From positions 8,184,001-8,248,000 of the forward strand of contig NC_047076.1 in assembly GCF_902459465.1 (NCBI RefSeq): a DNA stretch of 64,000 nucleotides. Direction: 5' to 3'. The stretch is from Asterias rubens (Eukaryota). The first letter of the stretch is position 1. Each line of letters opens with the position of its first letter. The notes below the pieces were generated by a model, which was not told the DNA's origin, searched no databases, and saw nothing but the letters and a program-made list of their open reading frames with translations. Positions 26,001-37,000 of this stretch are shown here, piece by piece. The translations under genes were made by a program, and so were the position numbers.

Positions 26001-27685
26001 TTCGTCTCGGTAAAATTATCAAGATCCAGGCCTCGTTGGGATTAAACCACTAGTTGAAAATCTCTTCACCGCACAATGATTCCCTTATTTATCAAATTTT
26101 GTCCCTAAAAATGCTATATTTCATAATGCCTACATCAATTACATTTAAACAGGGAGGGCATGCTTCAATGATTCAAATTTCTCTATAGAACCATACAAAT
26201 TTTGCTGAGGTTGTACCTTACGCCCAGTTGATCCCATTTTATCCCTAAAAATGCTCTCATTCATAATGTCTGCATCAATTACATTAACAGAGAGTGCATG
26301 CCTCATTGATTCACATTACGAAAAAAATGAATTTTTCTATTGACGCATACAAATGTTGTCAAGGCTATGGTTAACGCCCAGTTTATCCCATTTCATCCTA
26401 CAGGTCCTTGAGAATTTCATTGTGCATCATGGGTGGGCGACCTCTCCTCAGCCCATTCAACGCCACCTGATCCTCACCCTCGTCCTAGTGGGATTAACCC
26501 TAGGCTTCTCCATGAGCACATCGTGTCTAGGAATCGTCTTATCCATAAACGTAAGAACATAAAGCAGTTTAACAGGTTACGGGAAAGCTCTGTTGAAGAA
26601 AGAGGCTAATTTAGAACATCCTTATCATCTGACAACTTACACCTGTTATCTCCATGCTGTACTGCATACATTGTTTAAAGACAGTGGACACTATTGGCAA
26701 TTGTCAAAGACCAGTCTTCTCACTTGGTGTATCCCAACATATGCATAAAATAACAAACCTGTGAAAATTTGAGCTCAATCGGTCGTCGAAATTGCGAGAT
26801 AAAAATGAAAGAAAACAACACCCTGGTCTCAGGAAGTTGTGTGCGTTTAGATGGTTGATTTCGAGACCTCAAATTCTAAATCTGAGGTCTCGAAATCAAA
26901 TTCGTGGAAAATCACTTCTTTCTCGAAAACTACGTCACTTCAGAGGGAGCCGTTTCTCACAATGTTTTATACTATCAACCTCTCCCCATTACTCGTTACC
27001 AAGTAAGGTTTTATGCTAATAATTATTTTGAGTAATTACCAATAGTGTCCATTCCCTTAAGTTGAAGCGGTCATAAAACTGTCATTTATGCTATTCTCAA
27101 TCCACAGGGGCATATGGCTACTGTTCTGTAATGTTAGTTTTCACTACAATGATTGAGAAGATTTACCATAAGTAGTTTTCAAACATTTTATTTCTTTTGT
27201 TTTTGGTTGTATATTTTTCATTCCATCTACACTTAATAAAACCACCTGATGAAGACAGAGTAAGCTGTTTGAAACATCGAGACCAAACGGGCTCTTTTCA
27301 GAGCCAACACTCAAACTAAAGAGATTTTACAAATGGTTGTACCCGCAAGTCTACTATCCATATTTTTTATTGACAGTCACTCCTAATTAAACCAGTTAAT
27401 CTTTTGTTTTGTGACATCTTGATTCCACAGGGGATAATAGCTGCTGTTCCATTAGTCTTCATGCTCCCCACGCTTTGCTACATCCGTCTGGCCGAGGGTC
27501 ACTGGTACGCGCTTCACAAGGTTCCCTCCCTCATCATCTTCTGCTTCGGGGGTCTGGTCTGCATCTTTGGCCTGGTGACCATTTTCATCGATCCGTCGAG
27601 CTCGCAGTGCAACAGCAAAGATCTGCCGTACTGCATGAGCGATAACAGCACAGCATTACCTACAGCGATGTATACCTCTTCGTGA
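1991..27685 (+). CDS. SLC38A11: Putative sodium-coupled neutral amino acid transporter 11-like (Aa_trans family), 12 coding exons, 463 aa
   Basis: Hand-spliced exons 1991-2035, 9297-9444, 19370-19444, 20768-20902, 21446-21511, 21634-21734, 21958-22031, 22174-22244, 23865-24026, 25032-25144, 26404-26550, 27431-27685 total 1392 nt in one open frame, all introns GT-AG. Motifs ASFNIANSILGSGIIGLPYA, AYICHHNSFLVY, FTGYTQGDVLQNYC and YPLECFVCRE are typical of SLC38A11. Paralogue identity is from recalled motif similarity. Confidence 0.9.
3575..3760 (+). mobile_element. tRNA-derived repeat (A box TAGCTCAGTTGG, B box GGTTCAAATCC); related inverted copy ~50830-51000
   Basis: Degenerate cloverleaf; shared 3' tail tttttctttgtt(t)caa..ccc. 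Confidence 0.6.
4010..4250 (-). mobile_element. Family A MITE, highly degenerate fragment
   Basis: acaaacctgtgaaaatttgagctcaa...aaaaacacccttg. Confidence 0.6.
5180..5407. mobile_element. Family B MITE
   Basis: gggccaatttcatagcgctgctaagcac / gtgcttagcagcgctatgaaattgggcc. Confidence 0.85.
6496..6867 (+). mobile_element. ~380-bp TTAA-flanked MITE (Kolobok/ANGEL-like), family A
   Basis: TTAA|AGGCAGTGGACACTATTGGTAAT ... ATTACCAATAGTGTCCAGTGTCT|TTAA. Confidence 0.9.
7400..8010 (+). repeat. Degenerate tandem repeat, 4 units of ~150-200 bp
   Basis: gtgtgg(g)ttaaaattaca...aaattccgtcagaaatttaacctattatttcatagagttcatgttactga recurs near 7407, 7610, 7776 and 7921. Confidence 0.85.
8174..8570 (+). mobile_element. 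Family A MITE, full length
   Basis: TIRs and TTAA at both ends. Confidence 0.9.
8979..9201. mobile_element. Family B MITE
   Basis: Same TIR. Confidence 0.85.
9297..9444 (+). CDS. SLC38A11: SLC38A11-like exon 2
   Basis: tttcag acceptor, ends NSILGSGII(G), ag|gtacgt donor. Confidence 0.9.
9424..10780 (+). repeat. Tandem array of 14 units of 93-94 bp containing a copy of the exon-2 3' end and splice donor
   Basis: Donor-equivalent positions at 9445 (real), 9537, 9631, 9726 (disrupted), 9820, 9913, 10007, 10101, 10194, 10287, 10380, 10474, 10567, 10661, 10754. Confidence 0.97.
11258..11611 (+). mobile_element. Family A MITE with small 5' internal deletion
   Basis: TIRs and TTAA at both ends. 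Confidence 0.9.
12587..12970 (-). mobile_element. Family A MITE, diverged, reverse orientation
   Basis: TTAA...gacacctatggtaatt / aattaccaatagtgtccagtgcctTTAA. Confidence 0.85.
13180..13850 (+). mobile_element. Family A MITE interrupted by a nested 296-bp element
   Basis: Family A sequence resumes at 13564 after the insertion. Confidence 0.85.
13268..13563. mobile_element. Nested non-autonomous DNA transposon, CAGGG termini, 6-bp TSD (hAT6-like)
   Basis: gatagt|CAGGGATGA ... TCAGCCCTG|gatagt. Confidence 0.8.
15350..15670 (+). repeat. Two-unit tandem duplication (~175 bp)
   Basis: acgacacaagaccc...ggcaaaagacccagaattgca...cagtccctaaccagatcg repeated. Confidence 0.85.
16327..16780 (+). repeat. 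Minisatellite, ~21-24 bp unit (actccagtgagggcgttttttt), about 20 copies
   Basis: Directly visible periodicity. Confidence 0.95.
17382..17709 (+). mobile_element. 328-bp insertion: tRNA-like core between ~68-bp direct repeats, 12-bp TSD
   Basis: aatccaaattgc flanks both sides (17370-17381, 17710-17721); A box TAGTCTAGTTGG, B box GGTTCGAATCCC. Confidence 0.75.
17768..18390 (+). repeat. Direct duplication of ~250 bp (17768-18010 and 18137-18390) with a spacer
   Basis: caagcctcgtaatgtcatatttgagggggcaagg...gtccagtcagg nearly identical twice. Confidence 0.9.
18829..19208 (+). mobile_element. Family A-related MITE (older subfamily)
   Basis: TTAA|AGGCATTGTACACGTTTGGTAATT ... AATTACCAAACGCGTTCAGTGCCT|TTAA. 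Confidence 0.85.
19370..19444 (+). CDS. SLC38A11: SLC38A11-like exon 3
   Basis: GLPYAMKKAGLPLGIILILLIAGVT, canonical sites, phase 1-1. Confidence 0.9.
19803..20270. mobile_element. ~470-bp MITE, imperfect TIR (Harbinger-like)
   Basis: ggggtatgttcagacagcgtactaa / ttagtactgtgtctgaacgacctc. Confidence 0.65.
20768..20902 (+). CDS. SLC38A11: SLC38A11-like exon 4
   Basis: DYSLLLLIRGGELSGTTTYQDLV...QFCYPFV, canonical sites. Confidence 0.9.
21446..21511 (+). CDS. SLC38A11: SLC38A11-like exon 5
   Basis: AMIGYNVIIGDTITKVF, canonical sites. Confidence 0.9.
21634..21734 (+). CDS. SLC38A11: SLC38A11-like exon 6
   Basis: NRYFIISIITVLISLPFSLYRNVSKLVK. Confidence 0.9.
21958..22031 (+). CDS. SLC38A11: SLC38A11-like exon 7
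   Basis: Hydrophobic TM segment, phase 0-2. Confidence 0.85.
22174..22244 (+). CDS. SLC38A11: SLC38A11-like exon 8
   Basis: PPTDGAWNFANFQFTESIGIITF, phase 2-1. Confidence 0.85.
23161..23547 (+). mobile_element. Family A MITE, full length
   Basis: TIRs and TTAA at both ends. Confidence 0.9.
23865..24026 (+). CDS. SLC38A11: SLC38A11-like exon 9
   Basis: AYICHHNSFLVYTSL...FTGYTQ. Confidence 0.9.
24741..24934. mobile_element. AAGCCCGG(G/T)TCATACTTCCTGCG MITE, family C (also ~31128-31317, ~35843-36029, ~56939-57104)
   Basis: ta|AAGCCCGGGTCATACTTCC ... GAAGTATGAACCGGGCTT|ta; four related copies. Confidence 0.8.
25032..25144 (+). CDS. SLC38A11: SLC38A11-like exon 10
   Basis: GDVLQNYCHTDDLANVGR...YPLECFVCRE. 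Confidence 0.9.
25633..26090 (+). mobile_element. Dispersed element with large subterminal palindrome (also partial 20505-20760 and inverted 62880-63410); possibly Crypton-like
   Basis: ataaatcct(c/a)agacagtttcgc..ttcctattgg..; palindrome aactag..gaggcctgg..ttgataattt..aaattatcaag..ccaggcctc..ctagtt. Confidence 0.7.
26404..26550 (+). CDS. SLC38A11: SLC38A11-like exon 11
   Basis: VLENF...CLGIVLSIN, phase 0-0. Confidence 0.85.
26675..27060 (-). mobile_element. Family A MITE, reverse orientation
   Basis: TIRs and TTAA at both ends. Confidence 0.9.
27241..27284 (+). ncRNA. Degenerate minimal hammerhead motif
   Basis: CTGATGA AGACAG agtaag CTGTTT GAAAC ATC GAGAC. Confidence 0.55.
27431..27685 (+). 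CDS. SLC38A11: SLC38A11-like last coding exon
   Basis: GIIAAVPLVFMLPTLCYIRL... to TGA. Confidence 0.9.
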   Translation, partial: GIIAAVPLVFMLPTLCYIRLAEGHWYALHKVPSLIIFCFGGLVCIFGLVTIFIDPSSSQCNSKDLPYCMSDNSTALPTAMYTSS

Positions 27686-27966
27686 TGGAGTTAGCTCGTG
27701 GTGCCCGAACGGGGTATGGTAGTACCCTGATGGGAAGAACAAGTCTCCAATCGAGGTTATGGTATCACCCGAACGGGATAGTATATGTAGGTGATTGTGT
27801 ATTAACATTCCTTGTGCTAACCCCCAACTAAACCCAAACTGTGGTATGGATTCGAAACGGCTCAAACCATCAATGGGTCCAGTTCTGCCAATCTTAATAG
27901 ATGTTTATTTTGGTGTTGTGTATGAAAATCTCACCTGGCCAGTGAAATAATATTCCAAAAGCCTTT

Positions 27967-28330
27967 TTAAAACACCAGGGGTCGATTCTGCAAAGAGTTA
28001 GGACTAGTCCTAAGTCCTAAGTTAGGACTAGTCCTAGGAGATATAAAAAACTGAAGGCTAGTCCTAAGTTAGGCATGTAACTAGTCGTAACTCGATATAA
28101 CACTTGTCTTAACTCTTTGTGAAATCCACCCCAGGGCCCAGTTTCACTGCTCTGCTTACCGGGGGGTTCTTACTGGGGAATTAGTCACTATTTTGCGCTA
28201 GCTGTGCAAGCAACGCTTTGCGTCGTACGCACAACAATTTCTTGCTTACCTATGGGGTTTTAATATCAGAATCTATAAGCATTTTTTTTTGTCCAACGAC
28301 AGTAAGCAGAGTCGTGGAAATAGGGTTGTG
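27967..28330. mobile_element. Two adjacent family-B-related MITEs downstream of the SLC38A11 stop
   Basis: ggggtcgatt..aatccacccc (gttaggactagtcctaag repeats) then gggcccagtttcactgctctgcttac..gtaagcagagtcgtggaaat. Confidence 0.6.
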
Positions 28331-29127
28331 TGAGCTCCTTTGGGACCCCAAAGAAGAGGAAAAACAAACCTGCCTTTCCTTCTGGATAATTTTTTTATTT
28401 TCTTAATTTTTATTTTAGTCGCCCTATTTTTTTAACAACATTTGGATCACAACTTTTTAATTGCGATGTTTCTCGTTGTGTATGTAAATATTCTCGAGTG
28501 GTTCTGAATAGATTTAAATATATACTTTTAGAACAATAGAAATCGCTGTGTCAGTGCAAAAACGTATCTCCCAAGTAGCAATTATGTGAGTTATGCAAGT
28601 TTGAAAGTCTCAAAATATATCTGGAGCCTTTTAGAGCCAGAGAGAACATTTTTGCACTATCAAAACGTTTTTTTGCACTGATGCGACAAAACAAAACATG
28701 AAGAATGCTGGGCTCTTATGTGACTGCTGTGCACGCCCTCTATGTCAGCTATGAACATCAGTACCATGTGACATGCGTGTGGCCAAATGGACCAGATCAA
28801 CCAATGGGAAAGCTGGAATTGGTCAGACAGCTAAAATTGTAGCGCACATGGGTTGCCTCAAAGCAGGATGCACAGCATTTGGATTTTTTTGTGTTTTAAA
28901 TATAATATATTTAAAATATATAGCCTAACTGTGGCATTTATTCAAAAGAATTGTACTAAAAAAAAAAAGTATGTTCTACAATATGTTGTGTTAAGTTGCT
29001 TGTAAATTTGGTCATATTTTAAAACACTTATTTATTATATTGCTATCTGTATGTATATTTGTATGATTTAACCTAAAAAGAAAATGTATGTATAGGTCAA
29101 TGGATATACAAATAACTGCCTTTTAGT

Positions 29128-29138
29128 TTTTGTGGGGT

Positions 29139-29169
<31 letters not shown>

Positions 29170-29172
29170 GGG
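29128..29172. repeat. (GT)n microsatellite followed by poly-G
   Basis: Direct reading. Confidence 0.9.
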
Positions 29173-29445
29173 TCCGTCCTAGAAAATATGCATGTCAGTG
29201 GAGCAGACTAGATCATGTGTGAAGATGGTGCAATAATAAGGGCGGACGTAGAGTTATTTAGGGGCATTTTCAGTATTAAATTTTGTCTTTGTGAACTTTG
29301 GCCCACCACATTGCTTTTAGCATGCAAGAAGAGAAATAGGTCTTGTTACGCAGGCACTGGTCAAGGCTAGGGCATGCCAATAGACCCCTTGCATGTGACG
29401 TCACATACTCAAACAGCGCCCTCACTGGGGTCAAAAGAGGCAAAT

Positions 29446-29670
29446 AATAGACCCTTCCCATGAAACATGCTAATAACATTCATGCATGCGTACAGACCCC
29501 GTTGGTTGGCAAACGCCATAGATTTGTGCACTAACAGACGCGCAATCGCGTCTGCATCACGCGCCCATTAGCCGTGTACAAAACAGCGCGATGTTCCCTC
29601 ATTTTGCCAACCAAAACGTTAGTGCGCACGCGCTACGTGCAATTTACATATTTCATGGGAAGGGTCTATT
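29446..29670. mobile_element. MITE with AATAGACCCTTCCCATGAAA TIR (unclassified)
   Basis: 20-bp perfect TIR. Confidence 0.8.
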
Positions 29671-32143
29671 GGACGATAGTTGTTCTTTGTGCCTAAAAAC
29701 GTGCCTATGAGTTCAGCGTTCGTGTAGCGTTGCGCGTTATGCAAGGGGTAATCAAGTATATTACGGTAAAATAATGTGTAGTTGCCAGAGATATATAACG
29801 CTTTCCACATGTTTCAACAGACCCTATGTGTATAGTTTTGAAAGTCATCGAGCAATATTAATGTATGTAACTAAGAAGACGTGTGTACTGTATTCATTAG
29901 ATAATTTATTAGCTTTAAAAGTCACTGCTGCAGGTGTATATCAGAGAACTTTGCCAGCCATTTTGGCGGCCAACTTGTTTTTCTTCCAATCAAAAGCAAT
30001 GTAACCAAAACGAGACTGGAAGGAATAAACAGTCGGGTCCCTCTGTGGTGTATTGAGAACTAGTATTCAGTAATGCCATTGTACAGAGGGAGCAAGACCA
30101 AGATAAAATTCATATCAGCTGAATATTCACATTATATATAAAACAATACAAAAAATGGACAATTGCCAAAATAAGTTTGTTTCTGACTTGACATTGGTGC
30201 AATAATTGTAAGAATTCATAAAATTGCATGTGCATATATTTACACAGGAGTTACTTGTATTCAGGTGGAACTAGGAGTCTTGAAATGATATGAAACAATA
30301 CCTGAGTTAACAGGACTGAGGATTTATAAGTATTCATCACCTAAGTGGAAGAATCATGAATACTGGTTATCTGAAGGAGAGAAGTATTTAAATCTTAAGG
30401 CCCAGTCACACAGGCCTCGATAAGGACTTTCATCAAGATTACTCGCTAAGCAGGAGCTTAGAAAGTAAACAGGATCATGAATATTCATTTATTCAAAAGA
30501 AATCATGACTTTTCTTAGAGGTATGTGAAATCTGCATGTGCAAAAGGTAGTCTTGAATATTAATAAGCAACAGAAATTCAAGGGTATTTATATATTAAAA
30601 AAGCGTCATCAATATTCATTGATATATTTTGACAAACATCTGTGCTTGGCGAAGTGATGAGGGCTTATAAAATGTTTGGTAACAGTTAACCAAACAAATA
30701 ATAAGTGCATCATAATTGAAGGCAATGTATACTTTTAAGTTTTGGGAACTTAAAAAAAATGTGACTGTATGTAAACAGTTTATGAAATGCACAAACATGT
30801 GGATATTTTATTCCCAATAGGAGTACAGTACACAATTTGAGAAGCATTACATGCGGTAAAACTTCTTGGATTAAAATTTTGGGGCAGTCAAAATTATATA
30901 TTTTTACATTTCAACATTACTAGGAAGGGAAATGTTTCTTAAAATGCTTTTTACTACCGAAAGCTGATGTTGGCCTCGAACCAAAAGTGTTATTGCCATT
31001 AATGTTACCAAATGTATATCTTCCCTTTATGGAGTTATATGAAGTTGGGCCCAAGTGCGATGTGCAAAGATCATCAGTTTTTCCACTAGTGTCTTTGCAT
31101 GTTGTTTTTGGGGGTTTCAAGGTCCTGGTAAAGCCCAGTTCATACTTTCTGCGAATGAGAAGCGAATTTGTTGTGAATTTAAGGTCACAACTCCGTTTTT
31201 GCAGCGAATGTTTCGCAAATGTTGAGCACAGTTGAGAACTGTCGCGAATAAATTGTTGCAAATATGTGCTGTCATACATTGGTATCGCATTCGCAGGAAG
31301 CATGAACCGGGCTATAGAGTCATAAAATGTTGTCCGTGTCGATAAAACATGGTGAATTGGCTGTAGAGTAGTCAGCAATTAAAATAACTGGCATTGCCTT
31401 TAAATATTTTTGTCATATCAGTGTGGTTTAAAAGTTTCGCTAGTACAGATATGATAAACACTTTGTGTCTTCACATGACGCATACAGTAGATTAAAAAGC
31501 GAATATCGTTTTGCAGATTTTAGTATTTGAAGGGGCTCTTTAAAAGTCAAATGTATGGTTCTCGTCAAGATTATTAGAAGTACAATTTATTTTAAATCAA
31601 AATACAAATAAGGGAAACCCAAAAAGTATTGTCAAGTAAAACAGCAGATACTTTTAAAAAGTCTTGATTTAATAGTCGAAAGTATAACCACAATTTCTAT
31701 AAACATTACAAATGCTGTTCCACAATTAAAATAGATAAATACATATGATACATACAATGCATATTCCTTGGTCTAAAGATAACCCAGTACAACATTTTTG
31801 CCTTCATTTTGCATTATTCATAAAAAACACTTTTGGAACTTTCTAAAGGTTCGATGTCAGACAAACAATAATAAAAGCAACATTTTACTTCACCTAAATA
31901 TAATATTTCTTAAACCAGCATCAACCTGTTTGTGCCAGATCAAACCGGTTCCTAGTGCACAAATCTTTAACACCAAAAAGATTGTGGAAATCTTTGTTAT
32001 CTTGTAGTAGTGCACCAATAGTTCCCACAAGCTATTAACAAGTTCTGAGATACAGTGTACTATCAGGGTAATACATCAAGTTACATCAGTGAAGATTAAA
32101 TAAGGTTCTATCAGTTAGAACAATACTGCTATTAACAAGTTCC

Positions 32144-32526
32144 TTAAAGGCAGTGGACACTATTGGTAATTACTCACAATAATTATTAGCAAACCTTTTT
32201 AGTGACGAGTAATGGGGAGAGGTTGATGGTATAAAAAATTGTGAGAAACGGCTCCCTCTGAAGTGCCATAGTTTTCGAGAAAGAAGTAATTTTCCACAAA
32301 TTTGATTTCGAGACCTCAGATTTAGAACTTGAGGTCTCGAAATCAACCATCTAAACGCACACAACTTCGTGTGACAAGGGTGTATTTTTCTTTCATTATT
32401 ATCTCGCAAGTTCGATGACCGATTGAGCTCAAATTTTCACAGGTTTGTTATTGTATGCATATGTTGAGATACACCAACTGTGAAGGCTAGTCTCTGACAA
32501 TTACCAATAGTGTCCACTGCCTTCAA
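32144..32526 (+). mobile_element. Family A MITE, full length, downstream of the RIF1 stop
   Basis: TIRs; right TTAA mutated. Confidence 0.9.
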
Positions 32527-33687
32527 AGAACCCTTGTATTTTTTCTAGGATAGCTGATTTGTTTTGAACCAAACCACTATTGACAAGTTCCTGAAGAACC
32601 TTTTGTGCATTGCATTGTTGTGTTATTTTCATGATAGCCAACTTGCCTAGAAATAAACCGCTATAGACAAGTTCCTGTAGAACCTTTCATGCTCTGCTGG
32701 AACCTTAAAGTAAAAAATTGTGGAACCTAAATGCTATAAACAATTTCCTATTAAAAAAAAAAAAGTTCAGATCATTTACAGGACAGTTCAATTGTTTATA
32801 TATTTATTATCAAGATATCTAAGTAAACATCGCCAGAGAAAAAATCTACACGAGAATGGGTTGGTATTTGTTACTAGGAACAATGCTTTTCAAAGCATAC
32901 AGATTTTATTTCTGTTAAATGTAAAGGAACTTGGGCTTCAGATTTTCTTAACATTGACTGGATTCATGCGCTGAAGCATAATTTTAAAGTTCTGTACATA
33001 ATTTTTGTTTGTAAGTCCTAATTGGCTGCTCTATCATCAAAGTCGTATATGTAGCTGCCAATTTCAATACAGCAAAAGGCTCTATAATGGTTTGGCCGAA
33101 ATAACCTTGTCACAGTGGCACAATGGTTTGGACTGATTTGTGTTCCTGAGTGCATCTATCTTAAAGTTTTGACCATTTTGTTTACTTCCAGCACTATGTT
33201 TTACAAACCCATATTAAACTAAAATAACAAATTCCTAAAAGTTATGAACTTTTAAAGTTAGACAAAATTAAAGATTTTTCTAATGAAAACAAATTGTCAA
33301 GTGTCCGAAAAAACGAAATTACTCAATTGGACAAAAGAAATTAAAAATATAAATTTGAAATATACAACAAAATATTCTGATAGGTGAAAAAGGTACTTTA
33401 AAAATCATGATTTTTTTTCTCAAACAAGATCCGACCAAAACCAATAAACGATAATTTTAATATAAATACAACAAAACTATCTCAAGTTAATTGTTTCTCA
33501 TTTTTCTCTTGCAACTTATTTGAACTTAAATATAAGAAATTTGTTTAAGCCAAGAGGGATATGTAAATAATGTTACCTTTGATCACAGTTTACTGACCTT
33601 CAAATTTGTACAAATGATGCTGTTTGGGATAAACCATTTTAGATAAAAGGGGGGAAGTCCACTACAAGGTGGAATTTCTTATAGCAG

Positions 33688-34022
33688 CTAGCTTTTTAAA
33701 CTTGGAGACTTCACTTTAACCTTCAAGGCTGCCATGATCGAATCCATCATACTGTTGACGTGCTGGTGGGCCTGGAACAGACGATCCGATGGCAACTCCG
33801 CCAACTTCTCCGTCGAGAACTCAGCCAAAAGATCCTCCAGTTTATCCATGAGTTTCGCCTGTTTAGGTTTGCTCGGGCGTTCGTCGTCCGAACCCTCAGG
33901 GGTGTCTAGCTCTTGTCGTTTTCGTTTGGTTCCCTGCTTTGATCTGGACAGATCCTCGGAACTTGGCGGTGTTGCTTCCTTTGGCTGCAATGTCGCATCA
34001 ACTCCTGTTTCACTGTTTGGTG
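33688..34022 (-). CDS. RIF1: RIF1 last coding exon
   Basis: LPSDRLFQAHQHVNSMMDSIMAAL to stop. Confidence 0.85.
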
Positions 34023-37000
34023 CTGAAGAGAGAAAGTTTGAAATTGAATGAGTTTGAAAAGTTCTGACCAAAACCAATCATGTTTTTTGAGTTTTGCCTT
34101 GGTGAAGAAAGGAAATGTATTAAAATCATTGAGAAGCAATTGCAACATGAAAACATCCTTGCCCTCTCATGACCAAATGCCAAGCCCATCTGTTGGCTAA
34201 AATCAGACACACCTACTTGTTTTGTTCAAAGTCTACTTCAGTATCACAAATCCCCCGAAGTTGGTTTAAATTTCCCAATAAATGCCCCTAACGGCTTCTT
34301 GGTTGCAAAATTCACGGCTGAAGAGGAAAGTTGTTCCCTGCAGAACTGAACACACCAGGCATGATTTGGTCCTCGGGAAGAAAGTTGAAAGATTTTAATG
34401 GGTACAAGGGCTGACCTACATTATTCAAATGGTGTATGCTCTTCAAAGGCTTTTTAGGCTATTTCATCACAATTATTCTGATTCTTTCCACAGGCAAAAT
34501 AAATAGGAACTCAGACTTTAAGTAGAAATAGACTCTAAGTATACTTTTCAGGCTATTTCCTCTCAATTGTTCTGATTTTTCCCCCAAGGGCAAACAGAAA
34601 TCGAAAATCAGACTTAAGTAGGAAGAATATCACGCCTGACCCACCTATTTTATTTTTGTTTTCATCCTCCTGAACATTCTTGACAGCTTCTGCTGTCCTT
34701 GTCTCTCCGACGCTGCTCTCCGATGTGACGCTGGCTTCTTCGTCTCTCTTGGCTTCTTCATCTCTCTTGGCTTCTTCGTCTCTCTTGACTTCCTCCTCTT
34801 TCTTCTTACTCATCAACGGAGTCCCCTCTTTAGCCATTTGCTGTTTGTGGAAGTTGGTCATGACCTTCCGTAGATTGCTGATCTTCGGGGAGCGGATCGG
34901 TAATGATCGGATCTCCGTCGGGGAGAGGGAGCAAAGATTGCCGACTGTGAGGATATTGCGGGCTCGCACCAACTGGCCAAGACCTCGCGACCTAGAAATG
35001 AAGGAAGTGAACCTTAATAAAGATGGTGCCATGGAGTTTTTAAAATCACCCCTTCTGAAATTTTGCAGGAATTGTTTCTTTTTCTTGTTAAGACCACAAT
35101 TAAAGAAAAAGACACTTTAACTAAAATACATTAAAAGTGAATAACACGATGAACTCATAAGGGCATAAGACCCAGTCGCATGCTCGGGCATGAGCTTACT
35201 GCCAAACTGCAAAGTTTGTCCCAACAATTCTGCTAAGGAGAAGCGGGTTACCAGCCAAATTATACTGTAATTTGTATCCTATGTAACTGGTTTGCTTAGC
35301 AAACAAACTTGGCTTAACAAACAACGTTTCTGTGTAATATTTTCTTACAACCAGCTCTGTGAAATTAGACCCTACAGTTTAGTGAGGTGTTCAGCCCAGT
35401 GCTTAGCATAAACAAAGTGATAAGCAAGTTCCTAGCTGAAATGCCAAGCAATGAACATTGTCTGAGAACGTAGCCCTCGGCCATTTCACTATAAGCCCCT
35501 ACAATTTTCTAAGCATAGTTCATAGTTTTATGCTTAACTTACCACATTGAGGATGTCAGCTGCGGTAGGATTCTCTCCACGGGGGTGCCACACTCAGCAA
35601 GATCTGGGAACACACTCTCTTGATTGTCATAGTCGCTGTCTATGCTGTTATCAAGGCTGTTTTGCTGGGTGTTTTGTGAGGGTACTACCCCCTGAGAAGT
35701 TTGCGAGCTTGGTCTTATTGTTCTTAACTGCTGAAGAAGAAAAATGAGGGGGGAAAAAAAGGAAAAAAAAGTAATAAATAAATAAATTAAACTTATCTGA
35801 TACAAACTTGATTTGCGCACTTGAAGTTACTCAACATTGTAAAGCCCACTTCATACTTCCTGCGAATGCGAAGAAAATTTGACGTGAATTTGATGTCACA
35901 ACCCTCCTTTCACACCAATATTCGCTAGTGAGTTGAGCAAAGTTGAACTGCTGGGAATTATTCGTTCGAATTTGTGTCGTCAACATTCGTATCGCATTCG
36001 CATTCGCAGGAAGTATGAACCGGGCTTTAGTGTTAGTGATACAGCAGACATGCCTATTTTAAAACATGTAAAAAAATGTTACGACCGAGTTGTTTGAAGC
36101 ATCAGGTTCAAGCTCTGGTTGTAAAGCATCGGTGTGTGGGTTCGGGTATAAATGGGTACCTGCGAGGGAAGAGGTTGGTATTGTGCTTGAAAAAGCCTTT
36201 GGAGCGCCATGAAAGCCCGGAGCTGTATACTCCACAGGGAGCTGAGAAAGATTAAGGGAATGTTAAAGACCCAATGACCACGGCACTCATGTAAAGCAAA
36301 TTGATATGCGCTATATAAGAACTAGTTATTATTATTTGTATGCATTTACCTTCCTGCCCGATGATGGAGTGATAAATGTCCTCGAGGTCCTCCTACGTAC
36401 TGACCCGGGGCTGATGCGTCGGCCACTCGGACTGACTCGACTCTTGGAGGAACTCGAACCACTGCTGGATGAACGTCTTGATGGAGTTGTGATGAACTGA
36501 ACACAAGAAAAACACATCATAAACCTTGGATTAAAGGCACTGGACACTATTGGTAATTACTCAAAATAATTGTAAGCATAAAACCAGCAGTGGAGAGCTG
36601 TTGATAGTATAAAACATTGTGAGAAACGGCTCCCTCTAAAGTAACATAGATTTTGAAAGACGCATGAAACATTTAATTAGGCATCTCAAAGCACACAAAT
36701 TTGTGCAAAAATTGTGTTTTTTCTTTCCCTATGTCTTTAAAAATCAAGACTTGTCAAATATCATGCACTCGATCAATTTGATTTACCTTAGAATGTACAG
36801 TAACCACCTTTGAGGGCGTGGTCGTAACAAGGGGAGAAGGCGGATGCGTCACCCGTTGGAGCTTACTGGATTGGTCCGTTTCCGTGGCAATCATCTCCAT
36901 GGCAAATTGCTTCACTGGAGAGTGCTCCGAGATCGGCTCGGCAAAACTCACTCGTCGAGACTGAGGAAAGACAAAGAAATAAAGCAACATGTTAACTTGA

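Noticed and set aside
30920-31378. 152-aa - strand ORF between the genes
   Set aside because: Largely spans a family-C MITE; no splice or homology support.
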